A DNA stretch of 60,511 nucleotides from Candidatus Sumerlaeia bacterium. Its GTDB lineage: Bacteria > Sumerlaeota > Sumerlaeia > SLMS01 > JANRJK01. Position numbers and translations under genes: made by a program. Below are positions 1-11,510 of this stretch, in pieces. How positions within the stretch are numbered: position 1 is the first letter of the stretch; every line of letters begins with the position of its first letter. The notes below the pieces were generated by a model, which saw nothing but the letters and a program-made list of their open reading frames with translations, was not told where the DNA came from and made no database searches. Location: NCBI GenBank assembly GCA_033764015.1, contig JANRJK010000018.1, positions 1 through 60,511 on the forward strand, in the 5' to 3' direction.

Positions 1-243
1 TTCGTGCTGAAGACCGGGATCCCCTGGGAGGACTTGCCGAGGGAAATGGGCTGCGGCTGCGGCATGACGTGCTGGCGGCGGATGCACGAGTGGAGCCGCG
101 CGGGCGTCTGGGACAAGGTGCTCGCGCTCCTGCTCCGCGAACTCGACGAGCGCGGCGCCATCAACTGGTCCCGCGCCATTGTGGACTCCTCGTCGCTCCG
201 CGCCGTGGGCGGGGGGGAAAAGCACCGGCCCGAACCCGACTGA
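1..243 (+). CDS. IS5 transposase N-terminal part (5'-truncated by window edge)
   Basis: FVLKTGIPWEDLPREMGCGCGMTCWRR...AIVDSSSLRA; frame is open from position 1. Confidence 0.85.
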   Translation, partial: FVLKTGIPWEDLPREMGCGCGMTCWRRMHEWSRAGVWDKVLALLLRELDERGAINWSRAIVDSSSLRAVGGGEKHRPEPD

Positions 244-667
244 CCGCGGCAAGCCCGGCAGCAAGCACCACTTGCTCACGGACGCGGACGGCCTTCCCCT
301 CGCCAGCTTCACGACCGCCGCCAACGTGCACGACGTGCGCCTCCTCCTGCCGCTCCTCGCCGTGCTCCTGCCCCGCGCGCTTCGCGGGAGGCGCCCCCGG
401 GAACTCCACGCGGACCGGGGCTACGACAGCGAGCGGCACCGCGCGGAGCTCCGCCTGCTCGGCGTCGAACCGCACCTGCGGCGGCGGGGCGAAGCGGGCT
501 CCGAACCGCTCGGCCACAATCGCTGGCCCGTCGAACGCACCTTCGCGCACCTCAAGAAGAACCGCCGCCTCCGCACCCGCTACGACCGCAGCCACGACAT
601 CCACCAAGGCTTCATCACGCTCGGCTGCATCAAGCTCGCCTACAGGAGATGGGAGCGGTTATGTTAG
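179..667 (+). CDS. IS5 transposase C-terminal DDE part, joined by a frameshift at G7A4 (211-221)
   Basis: GGKSTGPNPTDRGKPGSKHHLLTDADGLPL...HADRGYDS...RWPVERTFAHL. Confidence 0.85.
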   Translation: MWTPRRSAPWAGGKSTGPNPTDRGKPGSKHHLLTDADGLPLASFTTAANVHDVRLLLPLLAVLLPRALRGRRPRELHADRGYDSERHRAELRLLGVEPHLRRRGEAGSEPLGHNRWPVERTFAHLKKNRRLRTRYDRSHDIHQGFITLGCIKLAYRRWERLC

Positions 668-677
668 GCGTTCTAAA

Positions 678-890
678 TCACTCTTCCGAGGGGCGGCCCT
701 TGCGCGGGTTCGCCACCAGCCCGCCGCCTTCTGCGACCGCTTCCGCAGCCTCGTCCCACATGCGCAGCAACGGCTGGCCCCGTTCGTTCGGGCGCACCGT
801 CGGCACGCCGTAGGGTGTGTACTCCCACTCCTCGACCGCCGACAAGACGGTGGGCGGGGGGAGATTGGCCAGGCGACGCAGAACCGGCAC
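678..890 (-). CDS. hypothetical 70-aa protein
   Basis: ORF fills the gap downstream of kdpE; no recognisable motif. Confidence 0.25.
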   Translation of the reverse strand: MPVLRRLANLPPPTVLSAVEEWEYTPYGVPTVRPNERGQPLLRMWDEAAEAVAEGGGLVANPRKGRPSEE

Positions 891-935
891 TGGCGCGCCC
901 GCCCGGGGCGGGAGGGCCAGGGGCCCGAGCCGGCC

Positions 936-1640
936 TCATTGTTCCGAGTCGAACACCAGCCGGTATCCGACCCATGGCTCCGTGATGAGGAAGCGCGGGT
1001 CTGCGGGGTTGTCCTCCAGCTTCTGGCGGAGCTGGTGCATGTAGACGCGGATGCTGTGCTCCTGGCTGGAGCGGGTGGTCCCCCAGACCTCTTTGAGCAA
1101 CTGCTTCTGCGTCACCACTTTGCCCGCGTGCTTCACGAGGGCGGCGAGCAGCTTCCATTCGTTCGGCGTGAGCTTCACCTCCGCACCGTCGCGCGAGATG
1201 CGCCGCGCGTCGAGATCGATGTGGATGCGGCCGAGGTCGATGGCACTGACGCCCGGGGCCTCCGCGGGGCGGGTGCGATGCCGGAGGGCGACCCGGACCC
1301 GGGCGAGGAGTTCGCGCACGCCGAACGGCTTGGTGAGGTAGTCGTCGGCGCCGGCGTCGAGACCGGCGACCTTGTCGGCTTCCTGGCCTCGGGCGGAGAT
1401 GATGATGATTGGCGACGCGACGAACGCGCGGAGCCGGCGCACAACCTCGATGCCGTCGATGTCGGGAAGGCCAAGGTCGAGGAGGATGACATCCGGCGCG
1501 TCGGTACCCGCCAACGCCAGTCCCTGCGCGCCCGTGGTCGCTTCGATGACCTGGGCGCCCTGACTTTCGAGACTGGCCCGGAGGAACCGCCGGATCGGAG
1601 CCTCGTCCTCGATGACGAGGACACGAAAGGTACCCATCAT
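936..1640 (-). CDS. kdpE: two-component response regulator KdpE
   Basis: Receiver domain (VIEDE, LLDLGLPD, DDYLTKPF) plus OmpR winged helix; overlaps kdpD stop. Confidence 0.95.
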   Translation of the reverse strand: MMGTFRVLVIEDEAPIRRFLRASLESQGAQVIEATTGAQGLALAGTDAPDVILLDLGLPDIDGIEVVRRLRAFVASPIIIISARGQEADKVAGLDAGADDYLTKPFGVRELLARVRVALRHRTRPAEAPGVSAIDLGRIHIDLDARRISRDGAEVKLTPNEWKLLAALVKHAGKVVTQKQLLKEVWGTTRSSQEHSIRVYMHQLRQKLEDNPADPRFLITEPWVGYRLVFDSEQ

Positions 1641-4303
1641 GCCTCCTCCCCGGAAGGGACATCGGCACCCGACGCTGCGGGGAGCGTGAAGCGGAACTCC
1701 GCGCCGCCGTCGGGTCGGTTACGGGCGTCGATCCTACCGCCGTGCGCCGCGACGATGCTCTTGCAGATCGCAAGGCCGAGGCCCACGCCAGTGCCCACTC
1801 GGTCGCCCCGGTAGAACCGCTCGAAGAGCTGCTCCGAAGGAACGTCCGGCAGGCCAGGGCCCTCGTCCCCAACGGTCAGGATAACCACCTCGCCGGCCTG
1901 TTCCGCGCTCAGGTGGATCGCGGTCCCCGCGGGCGTGTGCTTGCAGGCGTTTTCGAGCAGGTTGACGAGTACCTGCTGAAGCAATAGCTCATCGGCCAGT
2001 ACGAATGGCAGCGACGGCGGAACCGAGGTGCGAACCGATCGTCCGGCCATGGCGCGGCGCATGGCGTGGAGGCTCGTGCCAACAAGCTCCTCCACGGGCA
2101 GTGGAACGAGTTCGAGGCGTAGCGCGCCGCCTTCGATTCGCGTCATCTCCAGCAGGTTGGCGATCAGTCGGTTCAGGCGGTCCGCTTCCTCGGTGATGGT
2201 GCCCAGGAGCTCGCGCCGCGTCACTTCGCTCAGGAGCTCCCCCTGCTCCTGCAGGCTGCTCGCGGAGCCCAGGATGGACGCCAGCGGAGTACGCAGGTCG
2301 TGCGAGACGGCGGAGAGGATCGAGTTGCGGAGGCGCTCCGTCTCGGCCTCGCGCGCAACAATCCGGTGCTGCTCCTCAAGAGCTTCGACGGACAGGACAA
2401 GCGCAACGTGGCGCAGGAGCGCGTGCAGCAGCTCGGTCTCCTCCGGCCCCAGCGGGTCGCCGCCGATGCTGGCGACGCCGACGATGCCACGCGGGCCCGC
2501 GAGCGGGAGGTGGAGCATCGTCGAGGACGCGAGGGTTGACGTGCCCCTCCCGGCAGGCAGGCGGTTGTCGAGCACCCAGTTGACGACCGCGTGCTCCTTG
2601 TCACCGAGCGCAGCGCCGAAGTGGACAGGTGTTCCCTCTGATGCCCGGAGCGATAGCGCCACGGGCGCGGCGAGGTCCTTCGAGAGTTCGGCGGCAGCGG
2701 CCCTCGCCAGCGCGTCGCGTCCGCGGCGCTGGGCGAGCAGCGTGCTGAGCCGGTACACTGCTGCGGTGCGCTCCGCGCTTCGCTTCGCGAGGAGTTGGCG
2801 CTCGCGCAGTCGCACGGTGAGCTCGCCGAGGATCGCCGTGACCAGGAACAACACCGCGAACGTGATCAGGTACTCCGTACCGGCCACGTAAAGCGTGTGG
2901 AGCGGTGGAACGAAGAAGAAGTTGAAGCAGAAAAACGACAGCACGGCCATCAGCAGTGCGGCGCGGCGGGAGCCGAGCAGGGCGACGCAGGCCCCCGCCA
3001 GCACGAAGATCATCGCGACATCGGGCAGTTCGATGACGGGGTCCAGTGCCTTGGCGACCACCACCGTGAGTGCCACCCCAACGACCGGCACAAACATCCA
3101 GGAGCGTTTCCGGGGTATCGGCCGACCCGGTGCGGCCGGCACGGCCCCGGCGCCCGCTTCGGCGTCGCCACGGATCACGTACACGTCGATGTCGCCGGAG
3201 TTCCGCACCAGCTCATCCACCGGCGACGGGCGCAGGAGCTGGCGCCACCGCGGGAGCACCGGCTTGCCAACCACCAGCTTCGTCACGTTCTCGCGCCGCG
3301 CGAAGTCGAGGATGCCTTCCGGCACCGTGTCGGCGGCGGCGGTTGCGGTGCGCGCGCCAAGCGACTCCGCGAGCCGCAGGTGCGCCATCACGCGCTCGCG
3401 CCCCGCCGCATCGAGCGCGCGCGGCGTCTCCACGGAGATCGCGAACCATTCCGCGCCGAGCATCGCGGCAAGGCGCTTCGCCGCGCGCACCAGCGTCGCG
3501 GAAGACGGCGCTGGTCCCACCGCCACGAGCACGCGCTCCTGTGTCGGCCAGATCGCGGCACTCCCGGCGGCCTCGCGGTGGAAGCGCACCTGGCGCCCCA
3601 CGCGCCCCGCCACGAATCGCAGCGCCAGCTCGCGCAGCGCGGTGAGGTTCGCGGGGCGGAAGAAGCCGTCCGCCGCGCGCGCGGCCTGCTCGCCGAGGTA
3701 CACCTTACCCGCTTCGAGGCGCTCGCGCAGTTCCTCCGGCGGAAGGTCCACCAGCACCACCTCGTCCGCCTCGTCGAGCACGGAGTCCGGCACCGTCTCG
3801 CGCATGCGCACGCCGGTGATCTGCGCGACGACATCGTTGAGGCTCTCGACGTGCTGGATGTTGAGCGTGGTGCGCACGTCGATGCCCGCGTTGAGAAGCT
3901 CGCGCACGTCCTGCCAGCGCTTGCCGTGGCGCGATCCCGGCGCGTTCGTATGCGCGAATTCGTCCACCAGAACCACCGGTGGCTTCGCGGCGAGGGCGGC
4001 GTCGAGATCGAATTCCGTCAGCGTCACGCCGCGGTGCTCCACCGTGCGCCTCGGCAGCACGTCTAGCCCATGCAGCAGCGCCTCCGTCTCAGCGCGGCGA
4101 TGGGTCTCCACGATGCCAACGAGCGGCGCACGGCCGGCGCGGCGGTCCTCCTGCGCGGACTCGAGCATGGCGAACGTCTTGCCGACGCCCGGGCACATGC
4201 CGAGGTACACTTGGAGGCGGCCGCGGTGCGCGCGCGACTCTTCCGCGCTGATGCGCGCGAGGAGGGCGTCGGGGTCGGGGCGGCTCGGGTCGTGCTCGCT
4301 CAC
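1637..4303 (-). CDS. kdpD: sensor histidine kinase KdpD
   Basis: RPDPDALL, GMCPGVGKT, DEFAHTN..GSRHGKRWQDV, Usp domain, 4 TM, SHDLRTPL, NLLENA, GLGLAIC. Confidence 0.97.
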   Translation of the reverse strand: MSEHDPSRPDPDALLARISAEESRAHRGRLQVYLGMCPGVGKTFAMLESAQEDRRAGRAPLVGIVETHRRAETEALLHGLDVLPRRTVEHRGVTLTEFDLDAALAAKPPVVLVDEFAHTNAPGSRHGKRWQDVRELLNAGIDVRTTLNIQHVESLNDVVAQITGVRMRETVPDSVLDEADEVVLVDLPPEELRERLEAGKVYLGEQAARAADGFFRPANLTALRELALRFVAGRVGRQVRFHREAAGSAAIWPTQERVLVAVGPAPSSATLVRAAKRLAAMLGAEWFAISVETPRALDAAGRERVMAHLRLAESLGARTATAAADTVPEGILDFARRENVTKLVVGKPVLPRWRQLLRPSPVDELVRNSGDIDVYVIRGDAEAGAGAVPAAPGRPIPRKRSWMFVPVVGVALTVVVAKALDPVIELPDVAMIFVLAGACVALLGSRRAALLMAVLSFFCFNFFFVPPLHTLYVAGTEYLITFAVLFLVTAILGELTVRLRERQLLAKRSAERTAAVYRLSTLLAQRRGRDALARAAAAELSKDLAAPVALSLRASEGTPVHFGAALGDKEHAVVNWVLDNRLPAGRGTSTLASSTMLHLPLAGPRGIVGVASIGGDPLGPEETELLHALLRHVALVLSVEALEEQHRIVAREAETERLRNSILSAVSHDLRTPLASILGSASSLQEQGELLSEVTRRELLGTITEEADRLNRLIANLLEMTRIEGGALRLELVPLPVEELVGTSLHAMRRAMAGRSVRTSVPPSLPFVLADELLLQQVLVNLLENACKHTPAGTAIHLSAEQAGEVVILTVGDEGPGLPDVPSEQLFERFYRGDRVGTGVGLGLAICKSIVAAHGGRIDARNRPDGGAEFRFTLPAASGADVPSGEEA

Positions 4304-4322
4304 GGTGAATGCATCCTCCCGG

Positions 4323-4898
4323 CTACCTTGCTGCGTCGAGCGATTGATTCAGCAGCAGCACGTTCACCCGCGCTTCGCCGAGGATGCCGAAGGCCGGCGG
4401 TTCGGCCGCAGTGGCGATCATCGCCTCCACCTGGGGCAGAGCGATGCCGCGCTCCCTTGCAATGCGCGGCGCCTGCCAGCGCGCGCCGTCCACGCTGATG
4501 TGGGGGTCGAGACCACTGCCGGAAGCCAGCACCAGATCCACAGGGATCGGGGCTGCGTTCCCGGGGTCGGAGGCGCGCAGGGCGGCGATGCGCTCCTTCA
4601 CCGCATCCACCAGTGCCGGGTTCGACATGGCGAGGTTCGACCCGGAGGAGGCCGCTGCGTTGTAGCCGCAAGCCGACGGCCTCGGCCAGAAGCAGCGTGG
4701 CGACGCAAAGGGCTGCGCCACGAGCGCGGAGCCGACCACCTTGCCATCCGATTCGACGAGGCTGCCCTCCGCCTGCGCCGGGAAGGCCACCTTCCCGATG
4801 CCCGTCACCAGCAGCGGGTACGCCACGCCGGTGATCGCCGTGAAGGCGATCAGCATCACCGCGGCGGGGCGGAGTTCCTTGAGTGCGGTCTTCATCAT
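4323..4898 (-). CDS. kdpC: K+-transporting ATPase subunit C
   Basis: MMKTALKELRP...YPLLVTG...FWPRPS...SSGSNL...SGSGLDPHIS...VNVLLLN; AGGAG RBS before ATG 4898. Confidence 0.95.
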   Translation of the reverse strand: MMKTALKELRPAAVMLIAFTAITGVAYPLLVTGIGKVAFPAQAEGSLVESDGKVVGSALVAQPFASPRCFWPRPSACGYNAAASSGSNLAMSNPALVDAVKERIAALRASDPGNAAPIPVDLVLASGSGLDPHISVDGARWQAPRIARERGIALPQVEAMIATAAEPPAFGILGEARVNVLLLNQSLDAAR

Positions 4899-4911
4899 GG
4901 GAGCGCTCCTT

Positions 4912-6954
<2,043 letters not shown>

Positions 6955-6958
6955 GGGG

Positions 6959-8659
6959 TCACCGTCCCGACTTCAAGGAGAGGTGTTCGACCACGGGGCC
7001 CAGGGCGAGCACAGGCACGAACGTGAGCGCGCCGACCGTGAGCAGCACGCCGATCAGGAGAGCCGCGAAGAGCGGCGTATGCGTTGGCAGCGTGCCCGGC
7101 GAGGGCGGCGTGTGCTTCTTGCGCGCCAGCGATCCCGCGATGGCAAGCACCGGCACGATCACGCCGAAGCGCCCGATCCACATCGCGAGCGCGCCGAGGT
7201 AGTTGTAGAGCGGCTCGTTCGCCGAGAGGCCGCCGAAGGCGCTCCCGTTGTTGTTCGCCTGGCTGGTGAAGGCGTAGAGGACCTGCGATAGTCCGTGCGG
7301 TCCGGGATTGCTGCGCGAGTCCAGCAACGACGGCACGAGCACGCCGAGGGCCGTCATCGTCAGCACCACCACCGATGGCAGCAGCACCGCGAACGCCGCC
7401 ATTTTCATCTCGAAGGGGCCGATCTTCTTGCCGAGGTACTCCGGCGTGCGCCCCACCATCAGCCCCGCCACGAAAACCGACAGGATCACGAAGATGAGGA
7501 GACCGTACAGACCCGAGCCCACTCCGCCGAAGATCACCTCGCCGAGCTGCATCAGCAGCAGCAGCGCCATGCCCGCCAGCGGCGAGAAGCTGTCGTGCAT
7601 CGCGTTCACGGAGCCGTTCGACGCGGCGGTGGTCGCGACCCCCCACAGGACGCTATTGCCGACGCCGAACCGGGTCTCCTTGCCTTCCATGTTGCCGACC
7701 CCCGCGAGGCCGAGGCTATCCAGCGCGGGGTTTCCCTGCGCCTCAGCCCAGAGCGCGGCCGTGAGGAATCCGAGGAAGACCGCGGCCATGGTTCCGAACA
7801 GTATCCAGCCCTGGCGGCGATCTCCGACGAGCTTGCCGAACGTGTGGCACAGCGCCGCGGGGATCAGGAGGATCGCGAGCATCTGGAGGAAGTTCGACAG
7901 CGGCGTGGGGTTCTCCAGCGGATGCGCGGAGTTGGCGTTGAAGAAGCCTCCGCCGTTCGTGCCGAGCTGCTTGATGGCGATCTGCGATGCCGCGGGCCCG
8001 AGAGCGATGGTCTGCGTTTCTCCCTCCAGCGTTGTCGCCTGCGCGTACGGCGCAAAGGTCTGCACGACGCCTTGCGAGACAAGGAACAGCGCGAACACCA
8101 GCGAGAGCGGTAGCAGAATGTGTAGCGTGCCCCGCGCGAGATCGACCCAGAAGTTGCCGAGGTCGGTCGACTCGCGCTGCATGATTCCTCGAGCCAGCGC
8201 AACGAGCACCGCCATGCCCGTCGCGGCGGAAACGAAGTTCTGCACCGTCAGCACGAGCATCTGGACGAGGTAGCCCATCGTCGCCTCGCCGCCGTAGTTC
8301 TGCCAGTTCGTGTTGGTCACGAAGCTGACAGCGACATTCAGCGCAGAGTGCGGCGCGACCGCCGGCATCCCCGCAGGATTGAGCGGCAGCAGGTGCTGAA
8401 CGCGCTGCAGGAGGTAGGTCGCGACAAAGCCGAGGGCGCTGAACACGATAACCGCCGTCGCATAGCGCCGCCAATCCATCGCATCCCGCGGATCTACTCC
8501 CGCGAGCCGGTAGAGGAGGCGTTCGGCGGGGTAGAGAATGGCGGACAGCCACGTGCGGCGGCCGTCGTACACCGCCGCCATGTACAGCCCGAGCGGCACC
8601 GCGACCACGGTGAGCACGCCGAGGAACAAGACCATCTGCAAGAGTGCGCTTTGTTCCAT
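6959..8659 (-). CDS. kdpA: K+-transporting ATPase subunit A
   Basis: [42 protein letters not shown] at 8659 overlaps the kdpF stop (TGATG). Confidence 0.97.
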   Translation of the reverse strand: MEQSALLQMVLFLGVLTVVAVPLGLYMAAVYDGRRTWLSAILYPAERLLYRLAGVDPRDAMDWRRYATAVIVFSALGFVATYLLQRVQHLLPLNPAGMPAVAPHSALNVAVSFVTNTNWQNYGGEATMGYLVQMLVLTVQNFVSAATGMAVLVALARGIMQRESTDLGNFWVDLARGTLHILLPLSLVFALFLVSQGVVQTFAPYAQATTLEGETQTIALGPAASQIAIKQLGTNGGGFFNANSAHPLENPTPLSNFLQMLAILLIPAALCHTFGKLVGDRRQGWILFGTMAAVFLGFLTAALWAEAQGNPALDSLGLAGVGNMEGKETRFGVGNSVLWGVATTAASNGSVNAMHDSFSPLAGMALLLLMQLGEVIFGGVGSGLYGLLIFVILSVFVAGLMVGRTPEYLGKKIGPFEMKMAAFAVLLPSVVVLTMTALGVLVPSLLDSRSNPGPHGLSQVLYAFTSQANNNGSAFGGLSANEPLYNYLGALAMWIGRFGVIVPVLAIAGSLARKKHTPPSPGTLPTHTPLFAALLIGVLLTVGALTFVPVLALGPVVEHLSLKSGR

Positions 8660-8748
8660 CAGAACCACTCCGGCTTCAGCAGTGCCGCCGCCAGGTAGCC
8701 GAGCAGCAGCAACGCAACAGCGAGGAAGAGCATCGTCATCAAGCTCAT
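8659..8748 (-). CDS. kdpF: KdpF, 29-aa membrane peptide (not in ORF track)
   Basis: MSLMTMLFLAVALLLLGYLAAALLKPEWF*; typical YL..AL..PE.F end; coupled to kdpA. Confidence 0.92.
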   Translation of the reverse strand: MSLMTMLFLAVALLLLGYLAAALLKPEWF

Positions 8749-8843
8749 GAGCGCTCCTCCGCGAGGCGTGCGAACACGCTCACGAAGGCGAAGGCACCGA
8801 GTGCCAGGGCGGCTGCCGCCCCAAGCGCCAACAGATCCGGCAT
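8745..8843 (-). CDS. 32-aa hydrophobic peptide upstream of kdpF (KdpZ/Y-like accessory peptide)
   Basis: MPDLLALGAAAALALGAFAFVSVFARLAEERS*; AAGGAG RBS; ATGA overlap with kdpF start. Confidence 0.75.
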   Translation of the reverse strand: MPDLLALGAAAALALGAFAFVSVFARLAEERS

Positions 8844-8934
8844 GGCCAAACTCCTTGCAGCGCCACCTTTGCGGCGGCGAACGCGGGATGATGATGGGGC
8901 GGGCGGTTCTCGGGATGCTGTTCGGAGTCGGGAG

Positions 8935-8956
8935 GAGTTTGTTAGGAAGTTGTCAG
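8935..8956 (-). promoter_or_regulatory. putative KdpE-binding tandem direct repeat
   Basis: GAGTTTGTTAG/GAAGTTGTCAG, 11-bp period typical of OmpR-family sites, about 90 bp upstream of the kdp operon. Confidence 0.5.
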
Positions 8957-9253
8957 GCGGTTCTTGGGTTTGGTTCGAGACTCGGGGTAACGCCTATGGA
9001 TGATGAAGTGGGATGCGGTCCGTAGTCGCTTCTGTGCTGCCGCGGTGGAGCCCCGCGGGCCGCCCCGCCCGGGAACTCCCCGAAATCCGCCCGTTCCCGC
9101 CGCGAGAAGCCGCGGGCCGGAGATGAACCGGAGAAGGTCCGGTGGTGGGCCGTGTATCATCCGGTGAAGGTTGGGCGGCGGATTTGCGGGTCTTGTGGTA
9201 GGGATGTTCGCAAGAACCCCTAGGTTTCGGCTCGAAGCGTGGCCCCAAACACA

Positions 9254-9292
9254 ACCGCCGCCGGGGCCCTTGGCGGGGGCTCCGGCGGCGGT
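9254..9292 (-). terminator. GC hairpin downstream of hsp20 pair
   Basis: ACCGCCGCCGGGGCCC-loop-GGGCTCCGGCGGCGGT, followed on the minus strand by TGTGTTT. Confidence 0.6.
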
Positions 9293-9312
9293 GGGGTTTG
9301 TGGTGGTGGGCG

Positions 9313-9714
9313 TCAGGCTTCGACGCGGACGGGGATGGCGCGGGGCTGGGCCTTGGCGGCCTTGGGTAGCGTGATGCGCAGGACGCCGTGCTTGAGGTCG
9401 GCGGCGATGCGGTCCTGGTCCACTTCGTCCGTCAGGCGGAACTGGCGGTGGAAGCGGGCGAGGCGGAACTCGCGGAACGCGGGGGCCTCGGCGAGCGTGC
9501 TCGAGGGCGTGGCGTCGATCGTGAGGACGCCGTCCTCGACGTGGAGCGAGAGGCCGGACTGTTCGACGCCGGGGAGATCGGCGACGACGACGAGCGCCTC
9601 CTTGGTCTCGTAGATGTCCGTGGGCGGGACGAGGAATTCGCTTTCGTCGCGGGTGGCCGGGGCGTTGGCGCGGGCCTCGAGTTCGTTCGGGTTGGACACG
9701 GTGAGTTCAGCCAT
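9313..9714 (-). CDS. Hsp20/alpha-crystallin small heat shock protein
   Basis: PPTDIYET...ADLPGV...FHRQFRL...IAADLKHGVLRITLPK; AAGGAG RBS. Confidence 0.93.
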   Translation of the reverse strand: MAELTVSNPNELEARANAPATRDESEFLVPPTDIYETKEALVVVADLPGVEQSGLSLHVEDGVLTIDATPSSTLAEAPAFREFRLARFHRQFRLTDEVDQDRIAADLKHGVLRITLPKAAKAQPRAIPVRVEA

Positions 9715-9754
9715 GGGTGTGCTCCTTGGGCGTGTGTGGTTGGTTGCGTGGCGG

Positions 9755-10216
9755 TTAGTTGAGCGAAACGGCGATCTGGCGCGGGCGGGCGCTGTCGGCC
9801 TTGGGGAGCGCGATGCGGAGCAGGCCGTGGCGGTACTCGGCGGTCACCTTGTCGGCGTCGATCTCGGTGCCGAGTTGGATCGTGCGGACGAAGCGCCCGG
9901 CGGCGCGTTCGCTGCGGTGGAAGGCGTCGGCGGGGATGTCGCCGTTGGGGCGCGTCTTCTCGCCGGCCACGGTGAGCTGGTTGCGCAGCACGCTGATCTG
10001 GAGCTTCGCGGGGTCGAGCCCGGGTGCGAGCGCCTCGACGACGTAGCCGTGCGGGTCCTCGCCGACGTTCATCAGCGGGTAGGCGCGGGCGGCGGCGCCG
10101 GGGAGGAATGCGGTGCGGAAGGGGCGGTTGCGGAACACGGGCAGGCCGAAGAGGCGCTCCATGTCGCGGCTCACGGCTTCCAGTTCAACAAACGGGTCGA
10201 AGGTGCGGGTCATCAT
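9755..10216 (-). CDS. Hsp20/alpha-crystallin small heat shock protein
   Basis: YPLMNVGED...ALAPGLD...RSERAAGRFVRTIQL...AEYRHGLLRIALPK; start at 10216 or 10222 after AGGAG. Confidence 0.93.
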   Translation of the reverse strand: MMTRTFDPFVELEAVSRDMERLFGLPVFRNRPFRTAFLPGAAARAYPLMNVGEDPHGYVVEALAPGLDPAKLQISVLRNQLTVAGEKTRPNGDIPADAFHRSERAAGRFVRTIQLGTEIDADKVTAEYRHGLLRIALPKADSARPRQIAVSLN

Positions 10217-10280
10217 GACCATGCTCTCCTGGGGTTGGAATCGCGGCGCGGTCCGCGCCGTTGCTGTCGGCGGGTCACTT

Positions 10281-10297
10281 TGCATCTGCGATGCCAA
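10281..10297 (-). promoter_or_regulatory. sigma-54 (-24/-12) promoter of hsp20 operon
   Basis: Minus strand TTGGCATCGCAGATGCA = GG-N10-GC with TGGCA and TGCA cores. Confidence 0.7.
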
Positions 10298-10496
10298 GCA
10301 GGCTGAAATGGTGTAGGGCATTGATTAAGCGATGGTTAGGCGGTCGGCGGCAGTGGCGCTTCCGCGGCTGTGGCCCGCTGGATGGCGCGCGGCGGCGCAG
10401 GGGGCGGTATGCAGGGGCGATTGGTGACGCTCTGCGATACAGTTGCGGGCCGCGCGGGGGGTGGTGCGGGGGGTGGTTGGGGTGAACTTGTGGGCC

Positions 10497-11348
10497 TTAT
10501 TGACCCGACTGTTTGGACGAGAGGAGGGAGAGCACTTCGAGGACGTCGCGGGTTTCGGCGACGTCGTGGACGCGGAGCATCGCGGTGTTGCGCATGGCGG
10601 CCCAGGCGGCGAGGGCAAGCGAGCCAGCGAGGCGGTCGGCGGCGTCGGTGCGTCCGAGGAGCGGCCCGAGGAAGCTCTTGCGCGAGGCGCCGAGGACCAC
10701 CGGGTAGCCGAGGGCGGCGTACTCCCCGATGTGGGCGATCACGTCGAGGTCCCACTGGTGCCAGGGGAGGGAGCGTTGGCGGAAGAAGCCGACGCCGGGA
10801 TCGAGCGAGATGGCGTCGCGGGGGATGCCGGCGTCGAGGGCGCGGCGCGCGGCGGCCTCGAAGAGGCGGGCGACCACGCGGTGCGGCGGCTGGCCTTGCT
10901 CGTCGAGGGTGGGCGAGTCGTTGACCATGAGGAGGCCTCCGCAGCGGCGCTCGGCGATGAGCCGCCCCATGGCGGGGTCGCCTTCGAGGGCGGTGATGTC
11001 GTTCACGGCGTCGGCGCCTTCGTCGAGGGCCGCGCGTGCAACCTCGGCGCGGGGGGTGTCGGCGCTGATGGGGAGCGTGGTGGCGGCGCGCGCGGCTCGG
11101 ACCGCGTGGGCCATGCGGCGCACTTCCTCCTCGAGCGTGATCGCGGTTTCCTTGTAGGGCGCGCTGGAGCGGGCGCCGATGTCGATGGCGTCGGCGCCGT
11201 CGGCCTCCATGCGGCGGACGCGCCGGGCGATCTCCCCGGCGCCGGTCTCAACGGATCCGGCGTAGAAGGACTCGGGGGAGGCGTTGAGGACGGCGAGGAT
11301 CGCGGGGCGGCTTCGCTGTGGAGAGAAAAGGGAGTTCCAGCGGTTCAT
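10497..11348 (-). CDS. folP: dihydropteroate synthase
   Basis: ILAVLNASPESFY, IDIGARSS, ISADT, VNDIT, LDPGVGF, LGASRKSF, LRVHDV. Confidence 0.93.
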   Translation of the reverse strand: MNRWNSLFSPQRSRPAILAVLNASPESFYAGSVETGAGEIARRVRRMEADGADAIDIGARSSAPYKETAITLEEEVRRMAHAVRAARAATTLPISADTPRAEVARAALDEGADAVNDITALEGDPAMGRLIAERRCGGLLMVNDSPTLDEQGQPPHRVVARLFEAAARRALDAGIPRDAISLDPGVGFFRQRSLPWHQWDLDVIAHIGEYAALGYPVVLGASRKSFLGPLLGRTDAADRLAGSLALAAWAAMRNTAMLRVHDVAETRDVLEVLSLLSSKQSGQ

Positions 11349-11359
11349 CGGCGGCGTCC

Positions 11360-11368
11360 TGTGGATAA
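11360..11368 (-). promoter_or_regulatory. perfect DnaA box, with degenerate boxes nearby, between folP and dnaB
   Basis: TGTGGATAA is the reverse complement of TTATCCACA; followed by CTGTGGGGG and GGTGGGGAA. Confidence 0.65.
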
Positions 11369-11510
11369 CCCTGTGGGGGGATTGTGTGCGGTTGGTGGGG
11401 AACCAGTTCCCTGTTGCCGTCCCTCGGGGTGGGTGGAGCGAATCCCCTTCCACACGCGCCCTCGGGGTTCCGCCCCCGCGCCCCTCCAGGCCTCCTCCGC
11501 AGCTCCGCCC

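Larger units (their letters stand above)
1..675 (+). mobile_element. IS5-family insertion sequence (left part outside window)
   Basis: Two overlapping ORFs with IS5 motifs (LKTGIPWEDLP...TCWRR; IVDSS; TGPNPTDRGKPGSKHH; ADRGYD; RWPVERTF...RRLRTRYDR). Probable right end TTATGTTAGGCGTTC followed by TAA near 659-676; boundary approximate. Confidence 0.85.

Noticed and set aside
8844..9312. c-di-AMP (ydaO) riboswitch upstream of kdp
   Set aside because: Hallmark segments (GCTGAA...GGAACGGGG...CAGCTAAC) not found on the minus strand by eye; an Infernal scan would settle it.
11349..11510. Chromosomal origin oriC
   Set aside because: Only one perfect box, ~160 bp, GC-rich, no AT-rich unwinding element, and no dnaA/dnaN nearby.
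10443..11510. Long N-terminal extensions of DnaB (827 aa) and FolP (601 aa) in the ORF track
   Set aside because: Each extension is the antisense of the other gene; homology starts near 11511 and 11348. The same applies to track ORFs extending into PfpI, HAD, holA and the amidinotransferase.
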